Position numbers and translations under genes: made by a program
DNA from: Eledone cirrhosa
Lineage: Eukaryota
Direction: 5' to 3'
Length of the DNA stretch: 64,000 bases
Assembly: GCA_964016885.1 (NCBI GenBank)
Contig: OZ024743.1
Coordinates: forward strand, 350,548,001-350,612,000
The notes under the pieces: generated by a model
Seen by the model: the letters and a program-made list of their open reading frames with translations, nothing else
Told to the model about the DNA's origin: nothing
Databases searched by the model: none
In this document: positions 40,721 to 57,020 of the stretch, one piece after another
Layout of the letters: every line of letters starts with the position of its first letter
Position numbering within the stretch: the stretch's first letter is position 1

Positions 40721-41329
40721 ATGGTGGCTGCCAACTCGTTTTCGAGTACGGCCACTACTTTATATCCATGTAGGAGAACCCCTACCGATGCGCTGAACGA
40801 GTGTGACTTTTTAGTCCAGACAGCGACTTGAAAACTCTGGTACAAACACTACACTTGTGACAAATATTGACACATAGTGCTTTACCTTTGGTACTATGTG
40901 ACGACAAGTGCAGAGAGATCTCCAGATACAAAGCAATGCCTGTGCCGTGAAGCTTTTATAGTGAGCAAAGGCACTGCACAAAGCCAGTCCCACTCTCTTA
41001 ACCAAGATGATATTTACCAAAAAGAAGAACAAGTCAACATCATTGGATACCATCAGGGTTGCAGATGTTATATCAGAGTTTTCCTTCTCCTAGAATTCTG
41101 CCTTGACAAAGGCTAAGGGGTCATCTCTCCCAGTGATTTTGGATGGCCATTGACTCTTAAGAGCTCCTTTGCCCTTTGACAGGTTTTATTTTTAGTCATG
41201 CAGGATGTCCAAAGTCACCCTCCTCACCAAAAAACCTTGGTAGGGTTGCCAGTTTAGTCGCCAACGACCCGACCATGAGACAGGTTGTACTGGGATACAT
41301 GTTACCAGTAGCACAACTGGTGACCTGAC
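40721..41329 (-). mobile_element. Family A retroelement, full-length
   Basis: Same termini; tandem to the previous copy through (TACA)n. Confidence 0.9.
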
Positions 41330-41333
41330 ATAC

Positions 41334-41389
<56 letters not shown>

Positions 41390-42803
41390 ACATGTAGCAC
41401 CAAGTAGCATACATACATACATCCATCCATACATACATACATACATACATACATACATACATACATACATACATACATACATACATACATACATACATAC
41501 ATACAACTCACAATACATGCAGACTCAACTACCGCTACCTGTTCAACAATCATCACCTCTCCTACCAACTCCAAATCTGTTTCTGCTCTGAACAGCCACG
41601 CCATCACTAGATTAGTAAAAGATTCAGATTTGCCTTGATTCATAACAAAACATGAACGAACTTGTACGTCTGATTTATATTTTGAGTCAAATGTACAAGT
41701 GTATACATCGATATTCATTGATTGTGTATTGAGATTGTTTGTGAGGGCTGCTTATTCATATATTTGTAAATATATTTATATATGGGTGTGAATATATACA
41801 TGTCTGCATAGATGTATATGTGCATGCATATGTGTGCAAGGAAGCGTGAATATGTATGTATTCACGTATATATGAACAAATGTATATATATATGTATTTT
41901 TGCATGCACGTATGTATGTATGAATGAATGAAATTGTGTGATTATATATTAATGTAGATTTGCATGTATATATGCATTTGTATGTTAGATGATACGTTTA
42001 TATTGTGTACGTATGTATATTATGGGTGTATTTGTGTATGTATATTATGTGTGTGTTTGTGTATGTAGGTATATCTGTGTATGTATATGTATGTATATAT
42101 GTAGCAAAGCCAGCCGTAAAATCGCTCAGTGTGCAAATTAGGCTAATCAGCCGATATATACTTTAGAGAATACTATATATTCTCAAGAGTTCTAGTATGC
42201 AACAGAAAAGGAGATATACACAATCTTGACAAGGGGCAATAACCCTGAAACAATTGTCGATTGTTTCTCTCTGTCACCGCTAGAACAAAACGATGATTAT
42301 AGTCATCTAAAGCACATACACTATGAGGCCGTTTGCTTGCAAACGAATCGAATAATATTATTATTATTATATTATTATTATTCGATATAAAACTCACGAA
42401 TGCATCTAAATTATTCTATTCTTTACTTTAAAATACTCCCCCAGCTTCTAAACACTGTCTATAAATAGCCTTACCCATCATCCCCTCCACCCCTATACCT
42501 ATGACCATTGTTGCCCCTTCTTCTCTTACTCAGCACATACCCACTAACCACCCCTACCCCCACCCACACTACTTCCTTCTTCTGACCCCCTTGCCTGTCC
42601 AGATACATTTACAATTCTCTGCCCCCCACCCACTTTCTCCACCAGACCAGTTTACTACTAGGATAAATTCAACCAGAGCACTACCAAGACTAGTGGCCTA
42701 TTTTGTTCCACCCTACAAATATTACTACACACTTGAAAAGGCTGGCTGAATACAAAAGCCGAAACTAATTGGCGCTGTGGTTCGGATTTTACATAACTGT
42801 ATG

Positions 42804-43340
<537 letters not shown>

Positions 43341-43520
43341 CATGTTACTACCTAATTTATAGATATATATATATATCATTACCATAACAGAAAACCGACG
43401 AGCTTTTCATTCCAGAGTCGGAAAGGATCGATACAGATTGAGCCTTGAGCTGATCAATCGTGAAACGCGTGTCACACCTGAATAAACGTAATGAAGAACT
43501 AACATTTCATCCTTAAAGAG

Positions 43521-43676
43521 TCACGGCCTTTTACGGTCTGAGTTCAAATCTCGCCGAGGTTAACTTTGCCTTTCATCCCTATGGAGTCGATAAAATAAAG
43601 CACCAGTAACGTACAGATGTCGATTTAATCGACTTTCCCCTCCCCCAAATTACTGGCCTTGTCCCTATACTAGAAG

Positions 43677-43765
<89 letters not shown>
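43521..43765 (+). mobile_element. Meta-domain SINE 3' part with long (TTA)n tail
   Basis: GAGTTCAAATCTCGCCGAGGTTAACTTTGCCTTTCATCCCTATGGAGTCGATAAAATAAAG; tail 43679-43765. Confidence 0.75.
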
Positions 43766-44135
43766 GGCGACCTACGTAGTAAATCGTATCATCGTGAGCT
43801 CCACAAAGGTTTGTTATTTTCAGTTGTTTAAAATTGCCATTTATAGAAAATTGTTATTGTTAACTGTATACAAGTGCACATACATTGATTTCTGAAAAGG
43901 ACACTCAAAAAGATTGGGGCCTTGAGCCCCAAATTTAAACTTTTTATAATTATCAAACAAAAATAAATTTCTTTGAAAAACCATGGCTAACTCAGTTTCA
44001 CACCTTCCTCACAAACTAACACCTCACACCGACACCACCATTGTAAATATTACTACGTTTGCCAACACTAAACATATAAGCAGTAGCAATATTTTAAATT
44101 TGTCTCAGTAAGACATTCATTTCCCGCCATTACCA

Positions 44136-45431
44136 ATGACTGCAGGTGTTAAAGCCGCCACCCCCACCACCACCACCACCACAGCGACAACAGAAACAAA
44201 AGAAAAAAATAAATTAACTCGTGATATCGAAATGAATTCAACCAAAATGAACTCTTCCACACCGAACACCACTGACGCCACCACCACCACAACTGAAAAT
44301 AAAATGAACAATAACAAAAGTAACGATAACAACAACAGCAACAATGAAATTAAAAAAACTACCCTGAGTTTTGCAAGAGTAGCAAAAACGTAGCCAGAGA
44401 CTCGTGAAGATCAGGGTGACCCACGTTCCACCGGCCATCGAAATTCCCTGGCTGATGGCTGCCGTCCTCGCCGGGATCGAGGCCAAAACCAAGATAATCG
44501 AAATAGCGAAAGAAAAGCAGGAGAACTGGTCCGGATCTGGGATGGAGCTCCTGATTCAAGCGGACCATAAAAGCATTGAGGAGATCCCAGATGTAATAGA
44601 CCTCACTGACGGCAGCCACCGCACCGTAATCGTCGAGGGCAGAAGGCCTAGGTGTGTCGTTTGTGGTGAAGTAACCCACCTAAGGGCTTTCTGCCCTCAG
44701 GCTAAAAGGTTGAGGCCACCTCGCTTACCACCCCAGTGACTGAACCATCAACACCACCAGCAGCAGAAATGGCAGCAACAACTGTAGCAGCAACAACAGA
44801 AGCAACAGTAGCAGCAACAACCCCAGCAACAGTAGCAAAACCAACACCACCACCACCCAACGCGCTAGAACTAGCACCAGCGCCTACACCATCCACCACG
44901 CCACAACCAAAACCAACGCCTGTGGAGTATTTTCCACTCACCGGCTTATCGCAACTGGAGACAGATTGTGACGACGAGGAGTGGGAAACGGTATCAGGAA
45001 AAAAGAAAAAAAGAAACCAAAAAAGAAAAAATTCTCTTCCTTCCCCCTCCAAAAATAAAATACAGAGGGAAACAAATAAATTATCAAACAAAAAGGTTAG
45101 GACAGATATGCCACCATCCACACCAGCATCACCAACCCCATCACCACAAACACCAACACCATCACCATCATTAACCCCAACACCACCATCACCAACACCA
45201 CAAAAGTCACCAAAAAGCGTAACAGAAGCAAACCCACAACAAACGCAAACAAAACAAAACAACCAAAACGATACACACTACACAGCATTAAATTTGAACA
45301 ACAACCAATTATTACACTACATGCAACACAACACCAGCATCACAGAAAAAATTACACAACAACCCAAAACTTCACACCACCTCCACACATACAAATCACT
45401 CACATCACACAGAAAACGTACACGACACTAA
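44136..45431 (+). pseudogene. Tx1 ORF1 (gag-like, zinc knuckle, Pro/Thr-rich tail), disrupted
   Basis: TLSFARVA, VIVEGRRPRCVVCGEVTHLRAFCP, EWETVSGKKKKR; split by a stop and a frameshift. Confidence 0.8.
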
Positions 45432-45602
45432 AACAAAAATTCCTCAAAGACATCGGAGACTTCCGACAAACACTCTCCAGGAGGATTTATAAGGACATCC
45501 TTCCGGAGGAGGCCACAAGCAGTGAAAAGAATGGACAAACCATTCTTCCTCTACGAGAAGTAAGGTAAGTGGTCTTTCCCATCTTTTCCACTCCATTTCA
45601 AC

Positions 45603-48600
45603 ATGACCTCACTCACAATAGGCAGCATAAATGCGCGTGGCTTGGGGTCGTCATGGAAGCAGGGCCACCTGCTCAACGACCTCGGGTCACTAAACATAGA
45701 TGTAGTAGCCAGCAGCGAGACCAGAATGTCCGAAGCACGGGCCTTCGCACCGATCTTCGGCGGCTACGATGTGTACGCATCTCCCAGCCGTCCGGGATCG
45801 GGGGAGGAGTTGCTGTGCTTTTTCGGAGAGGTTTGGAAATCGCCATACGGGCCATCTTCCTGGACCCGAGAGGTAAGTTGGTGGTGCTAGACGTGACCAG
45901 CGGAGACGGGCAAGCTTTCAGGCTAGTGGCCGTCTATGCCCCGACAGGAGCAGGGCGGCCTGATTTCTTCCGGCGTCTGGAGACCTTTCTTGGAACATCC
46001 CGCTCTTTAGTGTTAGTGGGCGACTGGAACGGGATCTTAGATGCACGCTGGGATTGTGTGGGATTAGCGGATAGGGGAGGAAGGTGCAAAAGCCTCACCA
46101 ACCTGCTCAGGCGTTTTGAACTGTCTGACAGGTACCGATTGGATTTCCCGAATAAGCCAATGTGAACTTGGACAAATCGCATAGGGTCATCCAGATCATA
46201 TCTAGATAGAGTATTTTGTAGGGAAATAGATAGGTCTAGCATAGGCTGTCCACAATTCAAGATAGTCAGCTACACGGACCACAAATTCATGATCTGTGTG
46301 CTTGACTTAGATAGGCTTCATAGACGAGGACCCGGCTACTGGAAGCTAAACGCGTCCTTACCAGCGCGCAAGGCCTACAGAGACCGGATTAGCGAACTAG
46401 TTAAGCGGGCTTTGACGGGGGCCATCGTGAACAACAAGTGGTGGTTTGCTCTGAAAAGAACAATTAGAATAGAGTCCATTAGGTTTAGTAAGGCTTTAGC
46501 AATAGAGAAAAATAGAGCAGAGGGAGAATTAGTTAGAAAATTAGACGAGGCGCTTAGCAAAGGCACCGCGACCGACGTGCTTGCGGCGAAATTGGCCCTT
46601 GACCAATTCTTCAATGCAAAGCACGAAGGCTGCGTTGTCAGAGCTAGGATGCGTGCTCTCAGACACGAGGGGACGAAAGCCGTTCAATGGGTCCGAGTGG
46701 CGGAGGCGCGGCGTGGCAACAAAGCCACGATCCGGTCTTTGGTGGACCACGACGGGCGCATACTACCGATCCCGGGAAAATGTGTGAAGCTTTTCAGCGA
46801 CACTTCGCAAAGCTGTTTGGGTGCAGCGGCGGGCCGGATCGAGGGATGGACTTTAGTGTCTACCTCGCCGGACTGCCGCGGCTCTCGGCCACTGAGGCGG
46901 AGTGTTGCGAAAAGCCGATAACAGCCGCTGAAGTACGGGAGGCAATGACTGGCTGCACAAGGGGTAAATCGCCTGGTTTGGATGGTCAGCCCTATGAATT
47001 TTACGTACAGATGCCAGACTGTTTCGGAGGCTTCTTGGCGGACGTCTACTGCAACTGGCAACAGAACGGAAGAATTCCCAGCTCTGTGAGCCGAGGAGCT
47101 GTGGCGCTGCTGAGAAAGGATCCGAACAAGGGGGATAACATAGATAATTTCAGGCCCATAACTCTGCTAAACACAGAGTTCAAGATTTTGGCCAAGGTGC
47201 TAGCAAAGAGGTTGGCGCTTGTCGTTGGTGGTCTGGTGGGAGAGGCGCAGACATGCGCCATTCCCGACAGATCCATCCACGACAACCTCCACCTCATGCG
47301 ATACATCGTAGAGAGGGTAGCTAGGGAACCTGGCACGGGTGGGTCCTTGATCAATTTAGATCAGTCGAAAGCTTTCGATAGGGTCGACCGTCGTTATCTA
47401 GCGGCAGTCCTGAGGTCGTCTGGCTTTGGGCCCGTCTTCAGAGGCTGGATCGCTGCCATGAACAGCGACATCTGCTCTGTGGTGAGAGTGAACGGTCACC
47501 TTTCGGAACCGTTCAACATCATGCGCTCGGTCCGCCAGGGATGTCCCCTCTCGTCCCTCTTGTACGTATTGAATTTCGAGCCATTACTGCACAAACTGGA
47601 GACGTTGAGGGGGGTCCCGCGCGAACTAGGATGCGCAAGATCCGTGTCAGCATATGCGGACGATGTCACCGTAGTGGTGTCGAACGCCAAACACATCGAG
47701 GCGATCGGCACTACACTAAGAGAATACGAAGCGGTGACAGGAGCAATGATCAACCAGGAAAAGTCAGTGGGCCTGCAGCTCGGCACCTGGAGAGGCAGGT
47801 CCATGCCGTCCAACAGCGTCGTCGGGCGCTGGACGGACGGACCGGTTAAATTGCTAGGGGTCTGGTTCGGTCCAGACCTCCAGACGGACAAAAACTGGGA
47901 CGAGGTGACGAGCAGGGTGGCTTCTCTCACCCAGAAATGGGCGGAGAGGAAGCTATCCCTGAAAGGTAGAGAAGGAGGTGGCTAACGTGTACATTGCGTC
48001 CGTCATCTACTACCGCCTGACCGTCGTACCTTGTCCTAATCCCCGTCTGACTGCGCTGGAGCGTTTGCTCTTTCGCTTTTTGTGGAAGGGACGCGCTCCG
48101 GTGGTCTGGCGGTCCATCTGCTGTCAACACCCGCTACGTGGAGGGCTGGGAATGCCGTGGCTGATGATGCGCAGACACACGCTCAGGCTACGACATCTCC
48201 ACCTCTTCCTCGATGGTGATCAGGTGTGGTCGCCGTTTGCTAGACACGCCTTTCCCCAGCTCGTCTCCTTGACGGAGCTGCAGTCCTGGATCAAGCGAAG
48301 ACCGAGAGAGAGCGCTTGGAGACTGGAATGTCTTCAGGCGCTCACAACCCTCGACCAATCGGGCAATGTGATCGGTGGAAACTCCACCTTGGCTTTCTAT
48401 AGAGGATTAGTGGAGGGGAAGAGCGACAACGTACTTGTAGAAACTCTAGGCGTCGACGAAAATCAACTAGCCAATCTCTTCGGAAGGACTTTCGGGCCGG
48501 GGCCTATGGACAACTTCCAGAAATCCCTGGCCTGGCAGTGCTACCGAGGAGCTTTGCCAGTTCGGGATAAACTCTACAGGCATGGAGGTGCGGTCAGCCG

Positions 48601-49021
48601 AGCATGTCCGAGATGCGCGCAGGGCGACGAAACCGTCCTGCACGCACTCGTCCAGTGTCCGAGCATTGCTGACTTGTGGGTTTATGTCGAACACCTGCTG
48701 TCACGTGTAGGACGGATCCAGCTATCAGCTGAGTCCATCGTGAGGATTGCCCCGCCCTCTTCCTTTAGCCGGGAAGGGCAGGCAGTTTTTATCTGCCTGG
48801 TGGCCATGGCGAAAGAGATAGTATGCTGGACACGTTTGAAAGGGCTGAAGACGAGCACCTACCTCTTCGGTGATGCCCTGATTAACTTTTTCAAATTTCA
48901 TTTGAAAAGGAAAATCAGGGTAGAGAGGGAAGTGCTCTCTTCCCAGCATTTTGTTGAAAGATCGGTGAGAGAAGCAAGTATGGCCCGAGTGAATGGACCT
49001 ACTCTGAGTATCTGTCTGTAA
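45603..49021 (+). pseudogene. Tx1 ORF2 (AP endonuclease + reverse transcriptase + CCHC), several frameshifts and a stop
   Basis: LTIGSINARGL, VYAP, LVGDWN, SYLDRV, YTDHK, GYWKLN; KSPGLDG, FRPITLLN, DQSKAFDRV, VRQGCPLS, AYADDV; CPRCAQGDETVLHALVQC. Confidence 0.92.
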
Positions 49022-49268
49022 ATTAAAGGTGGAAAACTGGGAGAGGGCACTTGCCCTGGTGGTTAGGGTCACTGTGGCCTTTTAATGGGCTTTCTCCACA
49101 AATGTCCCGCGGAAGTCTCCCCCCCTATTGGGGAATTTTTCATTGTTATTTTTTTATTACATCCTCTGTTTTTTTTTACACGCAGAAATGCCCATTTGTA
49201 CCGTCCTGTATTTTCCTGTACTGTCCTTAATGTCTACTTTATGTAAACCCTTGTGGTTAATAAAGAAA

Positions 49269-49319
<51 letters not shown>

Positions 49320-49321
49320 TT

Positions 49322-49362
<41 letters not shown>

Positions 49363-49369
49363 CAAAGAT

Positions 49370-50790
49370 CTTAAAGTCAGAGATGTAGAGACAACCACGT
49401 TCGTACTCAGTAAAGAACTTGCTGATACCACTGAGGAAAATCTGTCTCATATGTCAGATCGATAAAGCGGAAAGTCTGATTTGGCATATACACTGGAACA
49501 TATTCGGGAACAAACATCCGCGTGCGAATGTGATTTCAAATCATGGAAAGGCCCACATCGGATTGATAGCCTCAAAATTTTCGAAGTGTATCTAACGGAT
49601 ATCATTTAAAAAGTAAGGTCTCGGTAACGATCTCATGCTTTCTTAAATTCCCTAAACAACTAAACAATTAAACTACCCGCCTCAAACGATCCAAAAATAC
49701 ACACACTCACGCCGACAAAACAAAGACCATCTAAACAAAAACCACATTATACGACAGGCTCCTGTCTAATAACATCACCAATACACACAAAAAGAAAGAA
49801 AACAATGCTAAAACATACAATGATATAAACACTGAAGTAAAGGAGCTAGTGACTACTTAAGATTGAAAACCCTTTTGACTGTCTCACATTACGTCTCGGC
49901 CCCCACGTCACCCTTGATGGTCACAAAGCAAATTTTCTTTCCAATATTATGTACATACTAATAAACCTCTCTAACAGTGAGATAGGCAGAATTAATAAGC
50001 GTATACAGGACGGCTTCAACACCGAAATAAGAAGGACGACTAGTCCTATATTTCAGAAACAATTCACTGGGATCAGTGACCTCGATATTAGTCACTACTG
50101 TTTCACAACTCACACTAGGTAAAAAAGTTAAGGCGACTTGTTGTTCGGCGACTCCATGGAATCCAACGGGGTGGGGGCAGGGAGCTGAAGTTTCTGACCT
50201 CCTCGGTTTATTCACCCTCAGTAAACGAAACCTCCATAGCTCAGACCTGTTTAGAAAAGATGGCCCTCCTGTCTCAAGTCATATGAATAACCACGCCATG
50301 GATAAGTTCAGAAAATATCTGATGTGGATCTTCAAAGAGTTCGGCCTGAACATCACAGTCATCACTATCTTCAGGAAATTGACCTTATAAACGTCTCACT
50401 GGACCCCAAAAATGGTAAACACAAGCCATTTAAGAAGCCTAATGAGGAAACAGTACATATTGGGTCGTCAAGTATGAAATTTGTAGAAATTTGATTTTTT
50501 TTTTTTCTACAAATTTCATACTTGACGACCTAATACATATAGGAACTCCAACCACGCCCCAGCTAGTGTTAGAAATCTTTCAACGTCATTAGTAGAACAG
50601 TCATTAGCTTATCGTCTGACAAACAGGCCTTCAACATGGCTGCACCCCATTACAACAAGAACTTAAGGACTTAGCGAGAAGTGGCTTTACGGGAAAAAAA
50701 TAGTAAATATGGAGAACACACTACCCACATCCATTTAAACCAACATCTAAGAAATTTAAAAAGAAAAGTAGAAAACGGTTTAAATCTCTA
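49370..50790 (+). pseudogene. Highly degenerate Penelope-like RT fragment
   Basis: GAEVSDLLGLFTL, LFRKDG, IFKEFGLNITV and KPFKKPNEE match the PLE RT pattern also seen at 61997-62680. Confidence 0.6.
50458..50535. mobile_element. 74-bp mariner-derived mini-MITE with TA target duplication
   Basis: TA-TTGGGTCGTCAAGTATGAAATTTGTAGAAA...TTTCTACAAATTTCATACTTGACGACCTAA-TA. Confidence 0.8.
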
Positions 50791-50829
50791 TTTACATTAG
50801 AGGTATCGACGAAAGAACCTCAACAATAC

Positions 50830-52378
<1,549 letters not shown>

Positions 52379-52680
52379 AAGGAGTCAGGACCCCGGCGGC
52401 TGAGCTACGGTCGTTTCGACACCGAGATCCGAACAGTTCGGATCTCGCTGTCGAGATGGCCGGAGCTCAGCCGTCAGGGTACTGACTCTTTTTCTGTATC
52501 CACTCTACTACCCTAAGTATCGAGTACGCTGGTGCGTTATGGTTTACCTGGTATCTTACCGCACCTTCTTTGTTATATATATATAGAGAGAGAGGTAGAA
52601 CACTGGAAGGTAATAGTGGTAGAGCACTCAGTCCATGGGACGAGTTTGGTAGAAGTAGTAACAACAATTAGTTCACCATA

Positions 52681-52721
52681 CCGAGAACGATTGTTTCACC
52701 TTATGCGGATCTTCAGCTCGG
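52681..52721 (-). ncRNA. Minimal type I hammerhead ribozyme
   Basis: CCGAG CTGAAGA TCC GCATAA GGT GAAA CAATCG TT CTCGG; perfect 5-bp stem I. Confidence 0.68.
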
Positions 52722-52726
52722 ACAGT

Positions 52727-52767
52727 CCAAGCTGAAGATCCGCATAAGGTGAAACAATTGTTCTCGG
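52727..52767 (+). ncRNA. Inverted second copy of the same hammerhead
   Basis: CCAAG CTGAAGA TCC GCATAA GGT GAAA CAATTG TT CTCGG; palindromic CAATTG stem III. Confidence 0.62.
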
Positions 52768-52865
52768 TATGGTGAACTAATTGTTGTTACTACTTCTATA
52801 TATATATATATATACCGAACCGAATGTAGAAAGGTAACACACGAGTTGATATATATCAAAACAAA

Positions 52866-53439
<574 letters not shown>

Positions 53440-53590
53440 TAGTTCAGACAGTAAACAAAAAACAAAACACAACGTGGGAGCGAAGAGGCAGTACAAAATG
53501 TTAATATTAGTTTCACGCTTGGGAGTGGGGGATATATAAGTGTGTGTTTTTACGTATACATATAAGTATGCATACATACACATTACATAA

Positions 53591-53679
<89 letters not shown>

Positions 53680-53997
53680 AGTGTGTGTGTATTATATATG
53701 CACGCACTCATACACACACATATGAAAGATTGAATTACTTATTGCATCATACTAAAAGCAATGCGTGATGGACGAAAGAAAATAACTGATAGGTAGATAT
53801 AAAGAGGGGCGGAGAAGGAAAGAGTAGATAGAGAAGGGAGTGTAAGAATGAAGAAAAAAATATATTAAAACGATGAGTGGGAACATTAAATCCAAAGAAT
53901 GTAGTGACCTCTGCATTGTCAGATAAAAGAGCAGCCGATTGAAATGTCTCTACGGCACACACAATCTACATAGTCATTGACGACTATTATATATTTA

Positions 53998-54190
53998 CGC
54001 GGTGGATTGGCAGTATCAGTAGAGAGTCGGACGCGATGCTTTGCAGCAAAGAGTTACGGCTCTTTATGGTCTGAATTCAAATCCTACCAAGGTTAACTTT
54101 GCCTTTCATCCTTACGGGGTCGATAAATAAAGTAGCAGTAATACACTGGATAATTGCTGGCCTTGTGCCAAAAATAGAAACAATTATATA
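53998..54190 (+). mobile_element. tRNA-headed Meta-domain SINE
   Basis: GGTGGATTGGCAGTATCAGTAGAG..GAATTCAAATCC..TTTGCCTTTCATCCTTACGGGGTCGATAAATAAAGT. Confidence 0.75.
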
Positions 54191-54470
54191 TTTACGCACT
54201 GCATAATTCTAGTTAGTTGTTACAAAGCTCCTTGCCTATGTTAGGTAAATTGGATAAATATGGAGAAAATTTGGCGCAATTAAATAATAAAATCAACAAT
54301 AATGGAGAATGTAAAAATATCGGCTTTCTTGACCTAACCTGTGGTTCTTATTTTTTATCTGTTTCAACATATTAATGACGAAAATGTCCTTGTAAGTGCA
54401 TCTGCTCCGCCCAACCCTCCACGAACCACTTCACACACACACACACACAGATATATATATATACATATAT

Positions 54471-54534
<64 letters not shown>

Positions 54535-54573
54535 GTGCACATGCACATACTCTCTCAAAATATATTCGTAAAA

Positions 54574-55400
54574 TACCCCCACAGTGGTGCCTGGCTCCAT
54601 GCCTTGCCCTCCTTCTCCACTGGCACGCAGCTGGATAACGATAGCCTGCGCATCGGCGTTTCCTTGAGGCTTGGCCACCGGATCTGCGAGCCACATAAGT
54701 GTCGCTGTGGATCCACCGCGAAATCTTTCGGCCTCTACCCGCTTCCTGTCGCCACAGTGCCGGCCGCCTTCCACGCCATGCTGTCTTCAACGAGGATATA
54801 AAGCATGCCATGGACGCTGCAGACTTCCCCTGTCAGCTCGAGCCGGTGGGGTTGGACTGAGGGGACGGCAAAAGGCCAGACGGCATAACCATCTTCCCGT
54901 TCCGCGGTGGCAAACCCCTCGTCTGGGATGCCACTTGCAGCGACACTTTCTCCTCCGCAACCTGGTGCAGTCTGCGACTAACGTCGGGCTAAGGAAACCA
55001 AACTCTCTAAGTACCGGTCGCTCTCCGATAAGTTCGCGGTCGTACCCTTCTCAGTGAAGACTTCTGATGTCCTTGGCCCTAGGGCTAGCTCCCTACTCAC
55101 TACCATAGGCGCTGAGCTGGCCAGTCGCAGGTGTGAGCCTCGCGAGTTGGAATGGCTCTTCCAGCGCATCTCCATTACCATCCTCCGTGGAAACGCCGTC
55201 TCCATTCTGTCCACCGGGGCTGTGGGGAGGTCAGCACGTGGGACCCCATTTGCTCACCATACGGAAAGATGTGAAGGGTGAGAGCGATGGAGCGATGACG
55301 GTGGGAGTTCAGCTCTTCCACGTTCGGACCATATCCTTGTGATTGTTTTCACCAAGCCCTAGTGCAGTAATGGGATTGAGTTAAACTATGCAACTATGTC
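54574..55400 (+). pseudogene. CRE-clade non-LTR retrotransposon 3' fragment (zinc finger + RLE)
   Basis: PHSGAWLHALP..LDNDSLRIGVSLRLG..HKCRCG; [30 protein letters not shown]; WLFQRISITILRGNA. Confidence 0.8.
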
Positions 55401-55680
55401 ACTGTTAATCTGTGATATATACACTCTCACCTTACAAGAAAGTAAATCAGAAGTATGTTCTCTAAATTGGTGGGCGTAATTTTTGCTAATGCTCAATATT
55501 GAAATATTAACCAGTCCTGGTTGTATCTGGATTTCTTTGTCAAATCCAACATCCCTCCCCACACGCACACACATCACAAGTTATAACTTAACCCAAAGCA
55601 ATCATCCCCAGTTTATATCTTCTGCGCTTCCCCCACCACTGAACCTTTGACCACTACTTTAACACAATAGACACACACAT

Positions 55681-55729
<49 letters not shown>

Positions 55730-55794
55730 TATGTTGACGTGTTAAACACCACTACCACCTAGCTACATACTGTATATATATAGTGCCTCAGTTA

Positions 55795-56078
55795 TTCTCT
55801 TCTTCTTCTTATTATTATTATTATTATTATTCGCCCACTTATACATGAGAGGTTCTTGGGGCAGATTCCTCAAATACTTCCTCCAGCGGGTCATGTCAGA
55901 AGCAACTGTCTCGAACTGATCCGGCTGGATCCTCAAGTGTGACCAGCCAAGCTCATGGATGTTATCCAACCATCTTGTTCGAGGTCTACCCCTGGGTTTG
56001 CTATCTGTTCGTTTCGCCCGTAAAATTTGTACAGTGGTTATTTCCTGAGACATTCTAAGCACATGATACCAGGTGGAC
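55795..56078 (-). mobile_element. RTE LINE 3' fragment with (AAT)n(AAG)n tail
   Basis: WYHVLRMSQE..KPRGRPRTRWLDNI..ASDMTRWR; tail at 55798-55830. Confidence 0.75.
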
Positions 56079-56190
56079 CACAATAACATATATATGATAA
56101 TATATAGTATATATATGTAAACAAAACATACGGATATAGATATAGATATAAATAAAGCATACGGATATATATATATATATATATATATTA

Positions 56191-57020
56191 CATTCATATG
56201 ATTTATTGATTTATTGATATTTTATCTGAGTGACCCGAATCTTCCTGATCGTAATTTTTCGGTCGCATGGGTGATTTTAGACATAATCTCTGTGTGTTGG
56301 TATTTTAACGATAGTTATAGCTCTGATTTATCTGAATTATTGAGCCCTCTGCCACTCATGTCGAATTTGTTTATCGTAAACTCGTGAGCCGATTTTCCGA
56401 TACTCGATTATTCTACTATATTTAGCTCTAGACTTAGCTATTGACCAGTTAATTTTATTGTTCATTTTTTGTCGATTCTATTAAATGATGAATAGCTCCT
56501 GTTTATTTTAACATGTCTATTGAGCACTCTTATTCGATATGTGATTTCCCACATTACTGAATATCTTTCGCGGATATAGAGGTTATCTCCCTTGCTGGAC
56601 ACCATGTGCGTCTCAGCTAGGGTTAGCTTTTTTATTCGTTTGGACAAGGCCCGTTCATAAAGTATTCCAGTCCGCCGCTCTCTAGAAGTCTTATATATTT
56701 TTATGTGGGCTGATAGGGGGCGGATTAAGGAATTACAGAAACCCAAGAAGCTAGATTTACCATCTTTCTAGTGGGTCCGGGTAAGCTTTTTATATTCATA
56801 TGATTTATTGATTTATTGATATTTTATCTGAGTGACCCGAATCTTCCTGATCGTAATTTTTCGGTCGCATGGGTGATTTTAGACATAATCTCTGTGTGTT
56901 GGTATTTTAACGATAGTTATAGCTCTGATTTATCTGAATTATTGAGCTCTCTGCCACTCATGTCGAATTTGTTTATCGTAAACTCGTGAGCCGATTTTCC
57001 GATACTCGATTATTCTACTA
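56191..57020. repeat. (TA)n-flanked element with ~230-bp direct terminal repeats, set in an AAACAAAGCATACGGA(TA)n minisatellite
   Basis: 56192-56420 repeated at 56794-57021; minisatellite at 56110-56190 and 57035-57335. Confidence 0.75.

Larger units (their letters stand above)
43766..49270 (+). mobile_element. Tx1/L1-clade LINE, near full-length, bounded by (TTA)n on both sides
   Basis: ORF1 with CCHC knuckle; ORF2 APE-RT-CCHC; AATAAA at 49259; (TTA)n at 43679-43765 and 49271-49335. Confidence 0.9.

Noticed and set aside
42320-42355. CTATGAGGCCGTTTGCTTGCAAACGAATCGAAT hammerhead-like motif
   Set aside because: Has a hairpin, but both core boxes are damaged and stems I and III are absent.
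43445-43490. GAGCTGATCAATCGTGAAACGCGTGTC hammerhead-like motif
   Set aside because: Core altered, no stem II and no convincing stem I; too weak to call.
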